DNA of 63,406 bases, counting the filler, from Reticulomyxa filosa (lineage: Eukaryota > Protista > Foraminifera), in the NCBI GenBank assembly GCA_000512085.1. It is 17 parts of 17 records of this genome, joined end to end, with 100 filler letters (N's around TTAATTAATTAA, not from the genome) between each part and the next. Parts side by side here need not be neighbours in the genome. Positions count along the whole stretch, not along the records: positions 32,186 to 46,164 come from ASPP01046553.1; positions 46,265 to 47,399 come from ASPP01020856.1; positions 47,500 to 48,727 come from ASPP01012300.1; positions 48,828 to 51,785 come from ASPP01036105.1; positions 51,886 to 54,151 come from ASPP01007251.1; 12 more parts are not named here. One strand, given 5' to 3'. The notes below the pieces were generated by a model. It did not search any database. It was not told the origin of the DNA and worked only from the letters and a program-made list of their open reading frames with translations. Positions 39,400 to 52,306 of this stretch are shown piece after piece (the stretch's first letter is position 1; each line of letters starts with the position of its first letter). The translations under genes and the position numbers were made by a program.

Positions 39400-42300
39400 G
39401 AACAAAAGAGGTTCCAAGTTGACATGGAACGTAAAAGTCAACATTGATGACAAAGTTGTTCCAAAGGCCGAACAAAGTGAACATTATGCAGTGCGATATT
39501 GAGCGAAAGGTCACATAGCGGACAAACGATTATTGTAAAAGATGATCCGAAATCTGGACAAACGTGACAAAGTCAGCTTTAGAATTACACAATAGTTTTC
39601 GCTATGTTTTTGACTGTAATCGAGATAATTTCAACAATATAGAAGAAAATTATTGTCTTGAAAAAATACATATAAATTATAATATTTTTATGTAAAGTAT
39701 TTATTATCACAATGTTTGTCTGTCGAATTACAAGAAATAATAACAAAATTTGAGCAAACTTAACGAAATGATGTAGTTGATTTGCAAAATGTTTGGAAGG
39801 AACAATATGTTTACGAACGAACTGTGGAATTGTTTCAATTAAAAACAAAGTTTCGATATTGTACTGCTTATATCTTGTTACTGTTATGAATGTAAAATTA
39901 TTGTTGAAGTTGGAACTTGAGTACGCGATTTAATGCAGCGTTGAGTCAAGAAAGAAATTGAAATGATGTTGCTATATATCGATAGAAGCGTTATTAGATT
40001 CGTTAAATGATATTGTAAGTAAATTAGTATTTTACTAAAATACGACACATATGAAGAAACAGAAGAAGCATTATAGAATACTATGTAGTTTTAAAGAATA
40101 TACAAATATATATCAATGATTTATTTGCGCAAACAACAATATAAAAGATTGAAAAAAAAACAGCAAATCATACAATAGTAATTATTTGAATAACATAAAC
40201 AAATACAATAATACTTTTATACTAAACACAAGAGAAATAACTTACAATATAAAATTCGCTATTAACAAGACAACATATCTATATTATGTAATACATGATG
40301 TACAATATCTAGATCAATTATCTGAAAACGAATAAGACGATTATACTGATTATAATAATGAAAAAGATAACAAAAGACCTAACTATTTATGTAAATATTA
40401 TATTAAAATATTTTTAATGTTGGAGTTAACAGGTATTGTAATTCACGTGAAACAATGTCAATATCATGCAATTCGATGCTATAATCATAAAAACAAAATA
40501 AAATGATGTTGAAATATTTGTTGACCAGAAGCAAAATTAGCATCAACAAATGATTCGATATTGATCAAATACCAGACGTAGAAATGAAACTGTAGCTGAA
40601 GAATTAGAAAAAGTCAATGAAGCAAACAAATCAATTAAGCAAATCATATCAAAAAGATTTCAAAAGTCAAGTAGCTGAATTTAAGAAAAAAGGGATCATT
40701 AGAAAAAGTTCTTCGCAATTTGCTGCTTCAATATTAGTAGTATGAAAGAAAGTATAAGCATTAAGTATTTGTATCTATTACATAATATTAAATCAAACAT
40801 AAGAGATATCTTGAAGAAGTTTGCAACTAAATGAGTATTTTCGAAACTGAACGTAAGATCGTGTTAACTTTATGTACCAATAAAATAAGAAGACATGTCT
40901 AAAATGGCAAATATCACAACAAATGACATATATTAATGGAATAAAATAAGATTATGATCTTGCTACATTTCAGAATAGCATAGTCATTATTTGGAGAAAT
41001 GTAAGATGCTGAAGTGCATATCGATAACTTATCTGTTTCAACAGATTCTGAAGAAAATATTTGTAAGTGTTATCGAATATTTTCAAATCAGAAAAACACA
41101 ATATAAGATTAGACATAGACAAATGTGAATTTTTTCAAAAGAAACTTCTTTTCCAGTGGCAAGTGATATCAGCAGAATGAGTATCTGCAAGTCCAAAATA
41201 TATCGATAAAATATTGATAATACTGAAGCTAGTGATCAAGAAGCAACTGGAGAGCTTGTTGGTGTTGGTCCAGTGATATCGAAATTTATAACAAAAATTG
41301 ACTAACTAACAAATTGAAAGAATGCAAAATGAAATTGGACGGATATACAAGACAATGCATTCGACAATTGAAACAAATGACCAATTGTTGAAACATCCAA
41401 AGAAAAACGACAGATTTATCTGCAACGTGATACTTCGATGGCGCGATTGTAGAGGCATTGTTACAAAATCAGTACTGTATATTTGTTCATATAGAATTTA
41501 TATCAAAAATTTAGTACACACTAGTTAAATTTGCACAAATCTGAAAAAGAATTATATACGTTTGTTTATGCGGTAAACAGCTGATACAATACATATACCA
41601 AATTCATTGCGTATACTGACCACAAAAATCTATCTTCAATATTTGCATTGTCAAGAAAGAATATAAACACATAGCTGTCCAGCTAAGAGAATTTTTTTTT
41701 TGGATACAGATACTTCACTATTAATGAAAATACAGTTGTAGATTTTTTAATAGACATTTAACATAATTGATAACAAATAAGTTAATACTCTTGACTAGAT
41801 GACATAAATCATAATATAATAATACAAAGACGATATAATATCTAAAATTAGAAATACATTTATATTGAACATAGAACTGAAAAATTATGATAAATTGTTT
41901 GAAAAGTGTAAATATTGATCACAAAGTAACGACATAGTACTTGCATCTATTAAAAATTACTTGACGCCTTTCTAAATGCTATGTTTGTACATCGTGATCA
42001 AATCGCAACAAACCAGAAACTGACATCAATATATACTAATTATAATGTACAGCGTCCGCAATTACAATAAAAACAAATAAGTCCATCGAAATACTATCGC
42101 ATTTGCAAACGAATGGATATACAGACATTAGATAATACTATAGGATAATGTCGCAAAATTCAAAGGTAAAGTCGCAAAGATCATACCAAAGATTGTGAAA
42201 GAACGTCTAGTCACTATTTATATTGATCACCACTTCGTACAACATTACGACAAACAAAATGTAGAAGTTTAGCCCACATGAACTAGTTTAAGAAAAAAAG
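39400..42300 (+). mobile_element. Highly decayed Ty3/gypsy LTR retrotransposon (gag-RT-RNase H-integrase relic)
   Basis: Zn-knuckle relic C...KGHIADK (~39490); RT GIIRKSSSQFAASILVV*KK (40692), FSKL, VHIDN (from YIDD, ~41013) and KCEFFQKE; RNase H LLKHP, SEKELY and YTDHKNL; integrase-like EWIYRH...DN..KFKG. Domain order RT-RH-IN. Confidence 0.8.
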
Positions 42301-43413
42301 TTAAATTTAACAGCTTCAAATGAACTTGCCAAAAGAAAATCTGGTAAAACTTATGTGCCATCTACTTATTGATAATGATCTTTTATCATTTGAGAAGTTT
42401 ATATATTGGCTTAGCTATAGTTTGTCTTGTGACAAATAATATCATGTATATTAACAGCTTTGTCAGAGTAAATTAATCTAACTGTGAAAATACCAGTCTT
42501 ATTGTTCCATCATACAAAGACTGAGTGAAAAATAAGATTATATTGTATGAAGTATTCAAAGTTTTCTTTGCTGCTTTATATTTATTGTAAAATATTTAAT
42601 GTGACATCGGCAAAATTATGTTTAAGTTGATACACATTCTATGTAAAGAATCTTTCCACCATTATTTGCATTTCGATTTTACGTTTTTGATTGTTGGGTA
42701 TAATTAACACATGCGAATACCAGTCTAGTTGGCAAATAATCCGATTGAGATCTAATTTATCTATTATTGGCTCTCCATTGTTGTACTTGAAATAGAATTT
42801 GAACATGCCAATAAGTAGTATCAAAAGAAAGTTGACATATAAAATATCCTTATACAGAGAGAAAGATTTAATGCAAATTTTATTTTTGTTTTAAAAAAAA
42901 TTTTAATAATGCAGTTTTCAAATAGTTTTGGTTTTTTATTTTCCTAATGTTTGTGGGACGTCCGCTGGTACACTAACTGTAATACGAGAGGCGTTTACTA
43001 AGAAGAGAATAGTGATTTCGTAAAACGAAAGAAATTGAAATAATAAAACAAGGTAACAAAAGAAAAGTAAAGAGAAGGATTCCTCCTTCCCTTGACGTTC
43101 ACAAATGTTAATTTTCTTTAACATTTGTTTCAAAACAAAAAAGTTTCCAGGACTAATAAAAAAAATAATTCAATAAATGAATTAAAAACAAAAATTATAA
43201 AAAAGCAAAACAAAAAAAAAGATAATTTTATTTTTTTGTTAGCATTGTGCATGCGATTTGTAATTCTAAGGCCATTTTTTGTGTATAACCTAAATACCCA
43301 TTTAGGATAAATGTAGTTTCTGCATCTTCCAGCACTCTTTTTCATTTGCAAGTTAAAAAAGTTTGTCGCTTTCTTTCAGTACAAATAAACGAAAATGGCT
43401 CAATTAAAACAGT

Positions 43414-44445
43414 CTAACGCAAAATAGATGATCTCAAAAGCGAAACAAAAAAATTAATTTTTAAATGAATATCCTTTGCAAGCATTACACATTTGGATTG
43501 GAAAACAGTAATAATAGTATGTGTTGATGATGCGCCCATTATATTTCTCTTTTTGTGAAACATTTCAAACTTTGAATTGGGATGTCTAGCAGTGCGAAGA
43601 ATTCTTTCACAAGCGTTTAAATCTTTTGGACAATCAGAAGACACCCGATCTAAATATAGCTTGGAAAAAACAGCATAAAATTCAGAAGCAGTAAACCATC
43701 TCTTGTTAAATTCATTTTCAATAATGCAAGCTGCCATATCCACGACAGTGTCTTGCTTTTTTTCTTCTGTGATTTCGTCTTCACTGCTTTGTGAGTTAGA
43801 TCGAGGTGGATCTAATACAATTGACTGTGCTTGCGTTCTTCCACGCAAAGGATTTTTTGGTTTGCCTTGTGAAGGGGATATACTTTTCTGGGTTTCCTCT
43901 ATTGTATTTTTCAATAGATGGCAATATTTTATTTGCTCGTTGTAGTTGTCATGACAATCAAAAATAATCAATAAAAAAAAAAAAATACCTTTGGATTCAT
44001 TCTCCTTGTTGTTATCCTCATCGGTGGAAAGAGATGAAGATGAAGAACAGTATGAACCATACTTTTCTTTTTCGTTTTCTCCTCTTTCTTCATTGCGCAT
44101 ATGCTTGGTTTTTATATTTTTGATAAGCTCGTCGATTACAGGAAGAGGACTCCTTCCTTCTTCCTTTTCACTCCAAATGAATGTCCCTGATTTCGATTTC
44201 TCTTCAATCAACCGTTGTACTCGCATCTTGATTGTATCCCAATGTGTGGCCACAAAATACAAATCCAATTGATATGACTTGTACAACCCTTCACATTTTT
44301 CCATTATCTGCTCTTTTGTTAAGTCCGATATTTTGTGTTTCAAATGATTCGCACAATGTTCAACAAGATACTTTGCTAGTTCATTCGATCTGTCAATCTT
44401 GTATATCTCTTGATGTGCCAACATGAGAATATCTTCGACATTCAC
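43414..44445 (-). CDS. Hypothetical protein exon(s), possibly the C-terminal part of the OAS-like gene
   Basis: 343-codon open frame starting at GTG with no ATG at its start; helical domain, acidic/Ser linker, then a compact RWFTASEFYAVFSKLY domain. Confidence 0.5.
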   Translation of the reverse strand: MNVEDILMLAHQEIYKIDRSNELAKYLVEHCANHLKHKISDLTKEQIMEKCEGLYKSYQLDLYFVATHWDTIKMRVQRLIEEKSKSGTFIWSEKEEGRSPLPVIDELIKNIKTKHMRNEERGENEKEKYGSYCSSSSSLSTDEDNNKENESKGIFFFLLIIFDCHDNYNEQIKYCHLLKNTIEETQKSISPSQGKPKNPLRGRTQAQSIVLDPPRSNSQSSEDEITEEKKQDTVVDMAACIIENEFNKRWFTASEFYAVFSKLYLDRVSSDCPKDLNACERILRTARHPNSKFEMFHKKRNIMGASSTHTIITVFQSKCVMLAKDIHLKINFFVSLLRSSILR

Positions 44446-44539
44446 TTTGCTGATTTTTTTCTTTTGCCTTTTTTTTTTTGTTTATGTTTTATACGATTTA
44501 CACAAAGTTTTTTTTTTTTTTTGGAAAATTCAAAAAAAC

Positions 44540-45821
44540 AAACTGAGAGCATCCCAAACAAATTCAAGGAAACGCAGTTCTTTACCACTATTTATGATCT
44601 CTAATGAACCTTCACACGCATCGAATAGATCCTTCCAATGCGTAAATTTCATTTCCAAATGTCCTACAGCAATAAAACAAAAATATCAATCTAACAAAGT
44701 TTTTTTTTTTTCATCAACTCTTCCCTTTGGCCTCTTTTCTACTTACGTATACTAAGATTATCCCAAATTATACTATCCACAGAATTAAGTTTTTGTTTGT
44801 AATTGCCGGTATCTTCAGCTTTCATCAAACATGGGTACGGCCATTCAATTACTATCGGATTTACTTCTGTTGCACCTGTTGTTTTGTCTTCTTTCTTATC
44901 TCTTGATTTTATAAATCGCATCATCAATCCAAAAAATTGGCGAATGATATCCGACGCAAAAATAGGGGTATTCAACTGCTGTTGTGTCTTTTTTAAATTT
45001 TCGCATAAATAGACACAAATGATTTCCAAAGAGTTATTCGAAAGGTGTTGTCTATTTTTCATTGCCACGTGTTGCCACGCTTTTAAAAACAACACTGCCA
45101 ATCGGGTATTCCTTCCAATCGACTCTTCTCTCATGTAATGTATGCGTAGCAATGACAATGACGCACACACATTTTTTTCCAAAAATTTTTTCCATTTTTT
45201 GTTTGCTTCATTCACATTCATAATATGTCTTTGATGTATCGGTGCTTCCTCGATCAAATCATTGGCGATCGTTTGCAATTGACGAGGAGAAAATGGATAC
45301 ACGTGCACATTATTTTGGATGTAATGAAATTCACAATATTGTCTTTTCGAAAAAGTCCAAGCTATTGCAATATGATATTCCAATCCTTTCCATTTTATTT
45401 TCAGTGAAGATTTTGAATGCTTTAATATTTTTATTTTATCTGTGCAAAGTTCTTTCTTTATTTTATCAATCGATTGCTTGACCCATTTGAGAATGGCAGC
45501 ATGTTTGTTTTGCAGTGTGCCAAGATCATCGCAATCCAAATGTTTTTCTTTTAAATGATATAAGAACACCAAGTATCCACAAGATATAAAAGGGATGACA
45601 AGTTGCTTTTGGACACATCCAGACAACGTTACACCATAAATATTTGAGAATGGGCGCTTCGTACTGTAGTGAGCCGCTTCCTTGTGCTTGTCACACAAAG
45701 TATTCACTAAGTCATTAGCTAGCTCATAAAACGGTCTAATGCTGTCAGCTGAGTTTACTTTTTGGTATTCTTTTATTAAGAATTTATCACCGTCTGTCTC
45801 TTCTTGCCCTGTCGCTGTCAT
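44540..45821 (-). CDS. 2'-5' oligoadenylate synthetase (OAS)-fold nucleotidyltransferase-like protein, catalytic Asp residues absent
   Basis: Motif order matches OAS: LSGCVQKQLVIPFISCGYLVF, YHIAIAW, CASLSLLRIHYM, RLAVLFLKAW, LSNNSLEIICVY, FFGLM, IVIEWPY, IIWDN, and in the next exon WKDLFDACEGSL. Confidence 0.6.
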
Positions 45822-46105
45822 CACTTCAAAAAAAACTTAGCCCACTAAGAGAAGTAGTGTTAGAAATACTGAAGCTTTTAAGATCATGGTAGTCATTTTG
45901 ACGTAATTTTTTTTTATGTCTAATTAAGTAGATGTTTAGTTTCGACTCTTGCGTCAGTAAAGTTTTTAGCTTTGTACAAGTACAGTCAGTCACAAAAGGG
46001 AGTCCTAAAATTATCCGTATAAACATTTGCAGCTATTCGGAAGGTTTTCCACGTATATCAGCTGTTGTTTGAGTCTTTTCCTTTCTTTTTCAAAGGGTTT
46101 CCTTG

Positions 46106-46164
46106 TGTAGGGGAAGTCCCATTATAAATCCCCAACTACTAACGGAACGGTGGGACCCCATTGG
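46106..46164 (-). repeat. Dispersed ~60-bp repeat, copy A (piggyBac-like terminus, at the contig end)
   Basis: Its reverse complement CCAATGGGGTCCCACCGTTCCGTTAGTA matches 57636-57663 at 26/28 nt; both copies end in GACTTyCCCTACA. Confidence 0.7.
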
Positions 46165-46299
46165 NNNNNNNNNNNNNNNNNNNNNNNNNNNNNNNNNNNN
46201 NNNNNNNNTTAATTAATTAANNNNNNNNNNNNNNNNNNNNNNNNNNNNNNNNNNNNNNNNNNNNGGCATGATGGAGCCTCAACCTGATGGAGGGCTACC

Positions 46300-46810
46300 A
46301 TGAAAACGCTAGAACAACATTTAGTCAATTACGCCAGCTACCACCGCGACGTGCGCAATATCCGCACCCACTTTGTCGGCATTCCGCTGATCGTGCTGGC
46401 GGTGGCGCAGTTGCTGGCACAGGTGCCGCTGGGCAGCGGGCTGACGCTGCTGGCGCCGGTGCTGCTGGCCTCGTGTGCGTTTTACTGGCGCTAAGCCGCC
46501 CGCTGGGCCTGCTGATGACGGTACTGATGCTGCTGACCGGCTGGGCCGGTACGGTGATGGCGGCGCAGCCTGGCGCCTTGTGGCTGGGGCTGTTGCTGTT
46601 TGCGCTGGGCTGGGTCATCCAGTTTGTCGGCCATTGGTACGAAGGCCGCAAGCCGGCGTTTGTCGACGATTTGCTGGGCCTGCTGGTGGGGCCGCTGTTC
46701 GTGGTGGTGGAGTGGCTGTTTCTGCTGGGGCTGTGCCAACCGTTGCGGCGGCCATCACTGCCGGTGCCGGCCCGCTGCGCGGCGTGCAGAAAGTCGCTGC
46801 AGGTCACTGA
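46300..46810 (+). CDS. Bacterial DUF962/Mpo1-like membrane protein (two apparent sequencing frameshifts)
   Basis: MKTLEQHLVNYASYHRDVRNIRTHFVGIPLIV and GWVIQFVGHWYEGRKPAFVDDL; GGAGGG RBS; GC-rich. Confidence 0.85.
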
Positions 46811-46818
46811 AGTTTCGC

Positions 46819-46824
46819 TATAAT
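46819..46824 (+). promoter_or_regulatory. Putative sigma70 -10 box upstream of yegD
   Basis: TATAAT about 32 nt upstream of the ATG at 46857, in a GC-rich context. Confidence 0.35.
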
Positions 46825-46856
46825 CCCGCTCCTTTTGCCTGAGGGGGTGGATAAGC

Positions 46857-47399
46857 ATGACCGTAAAAGCCTGTGGCGTGGACTTTGGTACGTCCAATTC
46901 GACCGTGGGCTGGTGCCGCCCCGGTGAGCCCAGCCTGCTGGCGCTGGAAGACGGCAAGACCACGCTGCCGTCGGTAGTGTTCTTCAATGCCGAGGAAGAA
47001 GCACGGCGGTTGGCCGCGCCGCCATCGCCGAGTATCTGGATGGCTACGAAGGCCGCCTGATGCGCTCGCTGAAGAGCATTCTGGGCACCAGCCTGATGAA
47101 CGGGCAGACCGAAGTGCAGGGCCGCCCGCTGCGCTTTCTGGACTTGCTGACGCTGTTCATCGGCGAGCTCAAGCAGCGCGCCGAGCGTCAGGCTGGCCGC
47201 GCTTTCGAGCAGGCCGTGTTCGGCCGCCCGGTGTTCTTTGTAGATGACGACCCGGTGGCCGACCGCCTGGCGCAAGACACGCTGGGCGATATCGCCCGCC
47301 GTGTCGGTTTCAAGGAAGTGGCGTTCCAGTTCGAGCCGATTGCCGCCGCATTCGACTACGAAAGCCGCGTGCAGCGCGAGGAACTGGTGCTGATCGTCG
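46857..47399 (+). CDS. yegD: Bacterial Hsp70-family protein YegD, 3'-partial (one frameshift)
   Basis: GVDFGTSNS, TTLPSVVFF, GRLMRSLKSILG, AVFGRPVFF and FQFEPIAAAFDYE. Confidence 0.85.
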
Positions 47400-47501
47400 N
47401 NNNNNNNNNNNNNNNNNNNNNNNNNNNNNNNNNNNNNNNNNNNTTAATTAATTAANNNNNNNNNNNNNNNNNNNNNNNNNNNNNNNNNNNNNNNNNNNNA
47501 A

Positions 47502-47504
47502 GAC

Positions 47505-47581
<77 letters not shown>

Positions 47582-48674
47582 CATTGGCAATAGCAATAGC
47601 AATAGCAATAGCAATAGCAATAGCAATAGCAATAGCAATAGCAATAACAATAACAATAACAATAACACTAACAATAACAATAATAATAGCATGGGAGCGT
47701 TTTTAGTGTGCCAATTCTCTGACGAGAGCATTCAACAGCAACAACAGCAAAGAAGACAAGGGGTTACGTCTTTTCAATCGAATGACTTTTTTTTGCAAAG
47801 TTCGAATATGCTCCCCGTTTCGTACCGTTCTTGGACGCAAAAGCAAGCGGACGACCATCACATAAGAACTGTTGGCAGTGATTCGCAAACTGCAGAGTAT
47901 GTCAATGCGGGCTCACGTAGTGTGGATACGTACCATCCTGGCGCGTTCTCGCTGTCCACATCCTCTTCCACCACAAATACAAATACAAACACCAGTGATT
48001 CTAGAATCAATGCAGAGCGATTCTCGACTGGTTATGCCGGCGTATCTGCCCACCATTACCGTCATCATCATCATCATCATCATCATCATCACCATAATCG
48101 TCATGACAACACGGACGGGATGAATGACGACTGGACAGATGATCTTAACAGACAAGAACAGATAACTGTTTGTGACACAAAGGATTTGCAATTGGACGCG
48201 TGTTGCACGCAGACGATGACGGTAGGCAATGAGATGAACCAGCTCGTGCCCCAGCAATCCCTCCAAGCGTGCAATGACCCAATGGCGACAAGCACCAGTT
48301 ACTCGACTTTGCAAATGCCGTCCTTGCTGGATGGCATGCATGGGACCCAACAGGACGATTTGCAACCGCGGTTTAAGTATCTGGCAAGACCCCATCACAT
48401 GCGCATCGAAATTGAAAGGCCAGTGGTATCGTCTCCCCTTCCTCTTCATCGACATACAAGCGACACCCGATTCCAATCTCGCAGCAAAGGCACTACCCGA
48501 TCGAAGCCTGTCAAAATTACCACCAATTATGTCACACAGAGCCCTGCCCCCGTTAGGTCGTCGTCCGCGAGAAAAGAGCACGCAACCAATCACAGGCCGA
48601 AGAAGACCTCGACCTCGACTTTGTCTGGCCAAGTTAACTACAACACCGTTTACAATGGCAGTATTTATGACAAC

Positions 48675-48724
<50 letters not shown>

Positions 48725-48727
48725 GAA
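47502..48727 (+). CDS. Low-complexity (poly-Asn, Asn-Ser, poly-Gln, poly-His) protein exon spanning the whole contig
   Basis: Frame open across the contig; (AAT)n, (AATAGC)n and (CAT)n all in frame. Confidence 0.55.
47505..47690. repeat. Microsatellites (AAT)n, (GCAATA)n and (ACAATA)n; a second (AAT)n at about 48675-48722
   Basis: Directly visible; both contig ends break inside these repeats. Confidence 0.95.
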
Positions 48728-48959
48728 NNNNNNNNNNNNNNNNNNNNNNNNNNNNNNNNNNNNNNNNNNNNTTAATTAATTAANNNNNNNNNNNNNNNNN
48801 NNNNNNNNNNNNNNNNNNNNNNNNNNNAATAACAAATAATATCACAAAATCAGAAGTTGCAAAATATAAAATCAAAAACTGTTTGTCTGGAGTAAAATTG
48901 ATTTAATGATACTTGAAAAATTATTTAAAAAATCATGTTGTTTAATTGGATATGTTCCC

Positions 48960-49885
48960 ATAAACTCAAAAACGAATATAAGTTTATCTGTGAATATCCA
49001 AGTGATGTTAAATTATGGTGACACTGTGTGGTGAAGTTGGTAGATAACAACAAACACAGCAATGAAACCACTTTGTTGTCTTTTGGTTGATATCATAAAC
49101 ATACATTGATGATGAAATATGTAAGTGTTTGGACTAATATGTCATTGCTTATTATCCAAAAAAAGTTAGTGTATTTGATTTAAATACATTTCAATTTATT
49201 AAGTGTGATGATTTACCAGCTGATAATGCTGTTGGTAATCATTGCTTTATATTAAATTCAGAAAAAGGACAAGGACAAGAAATAATGAAAACAAATGAAG
49301 AAAAAAATAAAAATGATCAAATGCTGTTATTTTGTAAAAAGACAGGATTATCAATTGAATATGATGAAGATAACAACAATTTTCAATTTCATCGACTACC
49401 TGTTTGTGATAACATTGCATTATTCAGTTATTATGAATATGTGTGTATCAATGATGTCATTTTCTTTTTTGGTGGATTTGGTTATGGCGTTGCCTCAATC
49501 ATTGCACAAGTAGTCAATTCGAGAAAACAAATGAATGATATTTTACCTAATCCATTATTTAATTGTATTGCAATATTAAGTGAAGACAATTATATACACA
49601 TTATTAGAGGAAAAGATGATAAATGAACGATATTGTTAACTCATATGAAGACAAAAGTGCGTGTATGTGATCCTTCACTCTTGTTAATGATTTGTTTATT
49701 TATTTGTTTTGATAAACTACAAATATATTTGATTGCATACAACTGATTGACAAATAATTAACAATAAATAATAAACAGTCCAAAAATGAAATAAAGTATA
49801 TTATTCAAATTGGACTCGAGCTTCAGAAATAAAGTTTGGATGGATCGACGATTTTGATAAAATTATTGTGAAATACAGTAGATAA
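48960..49885 (+). pseudogene. Kelch-like beta-propeller pseudogene with the C-terminal 'IIQ.W.R...GWIDDFDKIIVKY' module
   Basis: YKFICEYPSDV, HCVVKL, YEYVCINDVIFFFGGFG and LPNPLFNCIAILSEDNYIHIIRG; multiple stops and frameshifts. Confidence 0.7.
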
Positions 49886-51084
49886 ATAAGAAGCACAATT
49901 ATGATATCTGTAAACACGCAACTTTTAAATATTGTTTGGATTTTGGTTTTTATTTTATAATTATGAAATTTACCAATTTTTTTATTTTAAAAATATATTT
50001 TAAAAAAACTATATAAGAGTCGTTCTTAAATATCATTTTGGTGTTTTTATTACACATTTACTAATTGTTTTAAAATTAAAGCTTTTTTTGATAGAATTTT
50101 CGTTTTTTAAGATTTTTTTAAAATGTTTGCCTTTTTTGTTGTTACTTGATATTTATCTGTTGAAAAAAAAATGGTAATACAAGTGGAACAACTTTGCATA
50201 ACTTTTAAAATTACTTCTTTGTTTAAAAAGAAATCACATGTATTTGGTCATACAGTCCGTGTATGGGAATTGACAAAAACAAACAAATTCAAGTGTTCAA
50301 TGGAGATAGAGGTAGCGTAAATGTTGAATTGGAAACAAAGTAATAATAATGATAATATAGAAAATAGACACAATATAAAAGTAGCACAAGAAATAATGCT
50401 GATGAAAAATAAAAATTACTATCTCCATATATGCTTGCAAAATCTACCCAAAATTAAAGAGTAAATGTAGGATAAGACAATAGAGGCACAATAAAGAAAA
50501 ATCCTGAGGGTTTTTCAATAGAACAAACGTTATAACGATTTTATACACATTGTTTCTTACAATTCGCAATTTCCAATCGAATGATCGTTGGTTCACACAA
50601 ATCGACGTGTTCAGTGAAGGTCTTGGTTAATTTAAAAGAACGTACCAATTTAAAATTTAAAGTGGATGATGCATTAACAATTGATGTTGATAAATTTCAT
50701 TCATATTATTTCCTTTTATTCTTCTTTATTGTTATCAATCAATTTTTCCATCTCAAATAGTATTTAATTGTTGTGCCAAGAATTGTTAAGAACAAGGTTG
50801 AATGTAATCTCTTGAAACAGAATATGCAAAAAAATGACAAATTAAAAATTTTCGATCATGATCAATTTTAAGTGAAAGAATAAAAGACGATTGAGAAAGA
50901 AATGTCTTGAATAATTTGTTTGAATGTTCTATTTGGAGAGATACATTTGTTTGTCCTTTAATTATTGATTCATAGTAACTTTGATAATCAATAAAATATT
51001 AAACAAATTACAGGAAAACTCTTTGTTATATAAAAGCAAAAAAATCAATCAATGCAAGAAGAAAAAGACATTCGAATAGGTCAA

Positions 51085-51785
51085 TTATATTGTCCAAATT
51101 CGAATAGTACAATCAATAGAACCAGATGCAATTCTATTTCCATTTCGAGAGACATCCACACATTTCACAGTTCGAGAATGTCCTTCCAATATTTGTATTC
51201 TCTTTTCTAATTCTACGTTCCACAATCGAATTGTATAATCACTCGAACAAGACACAATTGTTTGGCTATCTGGAAGATATTTTACATCATTCACATTGTA
51301 TGAATGTTCTTTCAATATTTTCCATTCTATTCCTGTTTCAATATCCCATATTCGAATTGTTTTATCCAATGAATAGGAAATAATAAATTTATCATCTGGA
51401 GAAAATTTTGCACGATTAGAATGTCCTTTGAATTGTTTCAATATTTTACCAGATTCTACATTCCACAAATTAATTGTTTTATCACTTGATGACGATAAAA
51501 TCATTTTACCATCTGATGAAAATTGTGTAGTCAATACTTCTTTTGAATGTCCTAACAATGATTTTATCTCTATTCCAGAATGTGCATCCCATAATCGTAT
51601 TGTATTATCTTGCAAACCTGATACAATATATTTTCCATTCGGAGAAAAGTTTACATCAAATATTTTATTGGAATCACTTTTTAATTTCATTATTTCATTT
51701 CCTGTTTTAATATCCCATAATCGAATTGTTCCATCACCTGAACATGAAACAACAGTATGTTCATCTGGTGAAAATATTGCAGCAA
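51085..51785 (-). CDS. WD40-repeat protein, C-terminal fragment
   Basis: About 5-6 canonical repeats of the form GH...V..FSPDG..I.S.S.D.TIR.W. Confidence 0.9.
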
Positions 51786-51939
51786 NNNNNNNNNNNNNNN
51801 NNNNNNNNNNNNNNNNNNNNNNNNNNNNNTTAATTAATTAANNNNNNNNNNNNNNNNNNNNNNNNNNNNNNNNNNNNNNNNNNNNATTACATAAATATAT
51901 ATATATATATATATATATATTTATGTAATTTATTTATTT

Positions 51940-52306
51940 GCGTACTTCTTGGTAAAACATATAAAACTCAACTTCCATCCTTTGCTTTGCAGCACCTGCT
52001 ATAGCTTCGGCATCTTTGGCCTGTATTCCTATCGTTCGCAAGTATTCTTTGTCCGCGATTTTTGCAAAATCTTTTCCTGTTATTTTTGCTTTTTTCACTA
52101 AATTGAGGTAACGAGCAAATGCATTTGTGTTCAACAACAACAACCAATCACATATCCCCTCATTCGTCCATTCCATATATTTTTCGTGGTCTGGCCATCC
52201 GTCGTCTATCTTTACGTCGTTCGACGAACTCTGTTTTTTTTTTGTTCCAAACAACGTGCAATCAAATAGTCAGAAAACCCACTCCTTGTCATTTTTGACT
52301 TACCAT
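51940..52306 (-). CDS. SAM (sterile alpha motif) domain protein, 3'-partial; first coding exon is ATG only
   Basis: ATG|GTAAGT, acceptor ACAG, then SSSNDVK...WTNEGICDWL...YLNLVKKAKITGKDF...YLRTIGI. Confidence 0.7.
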
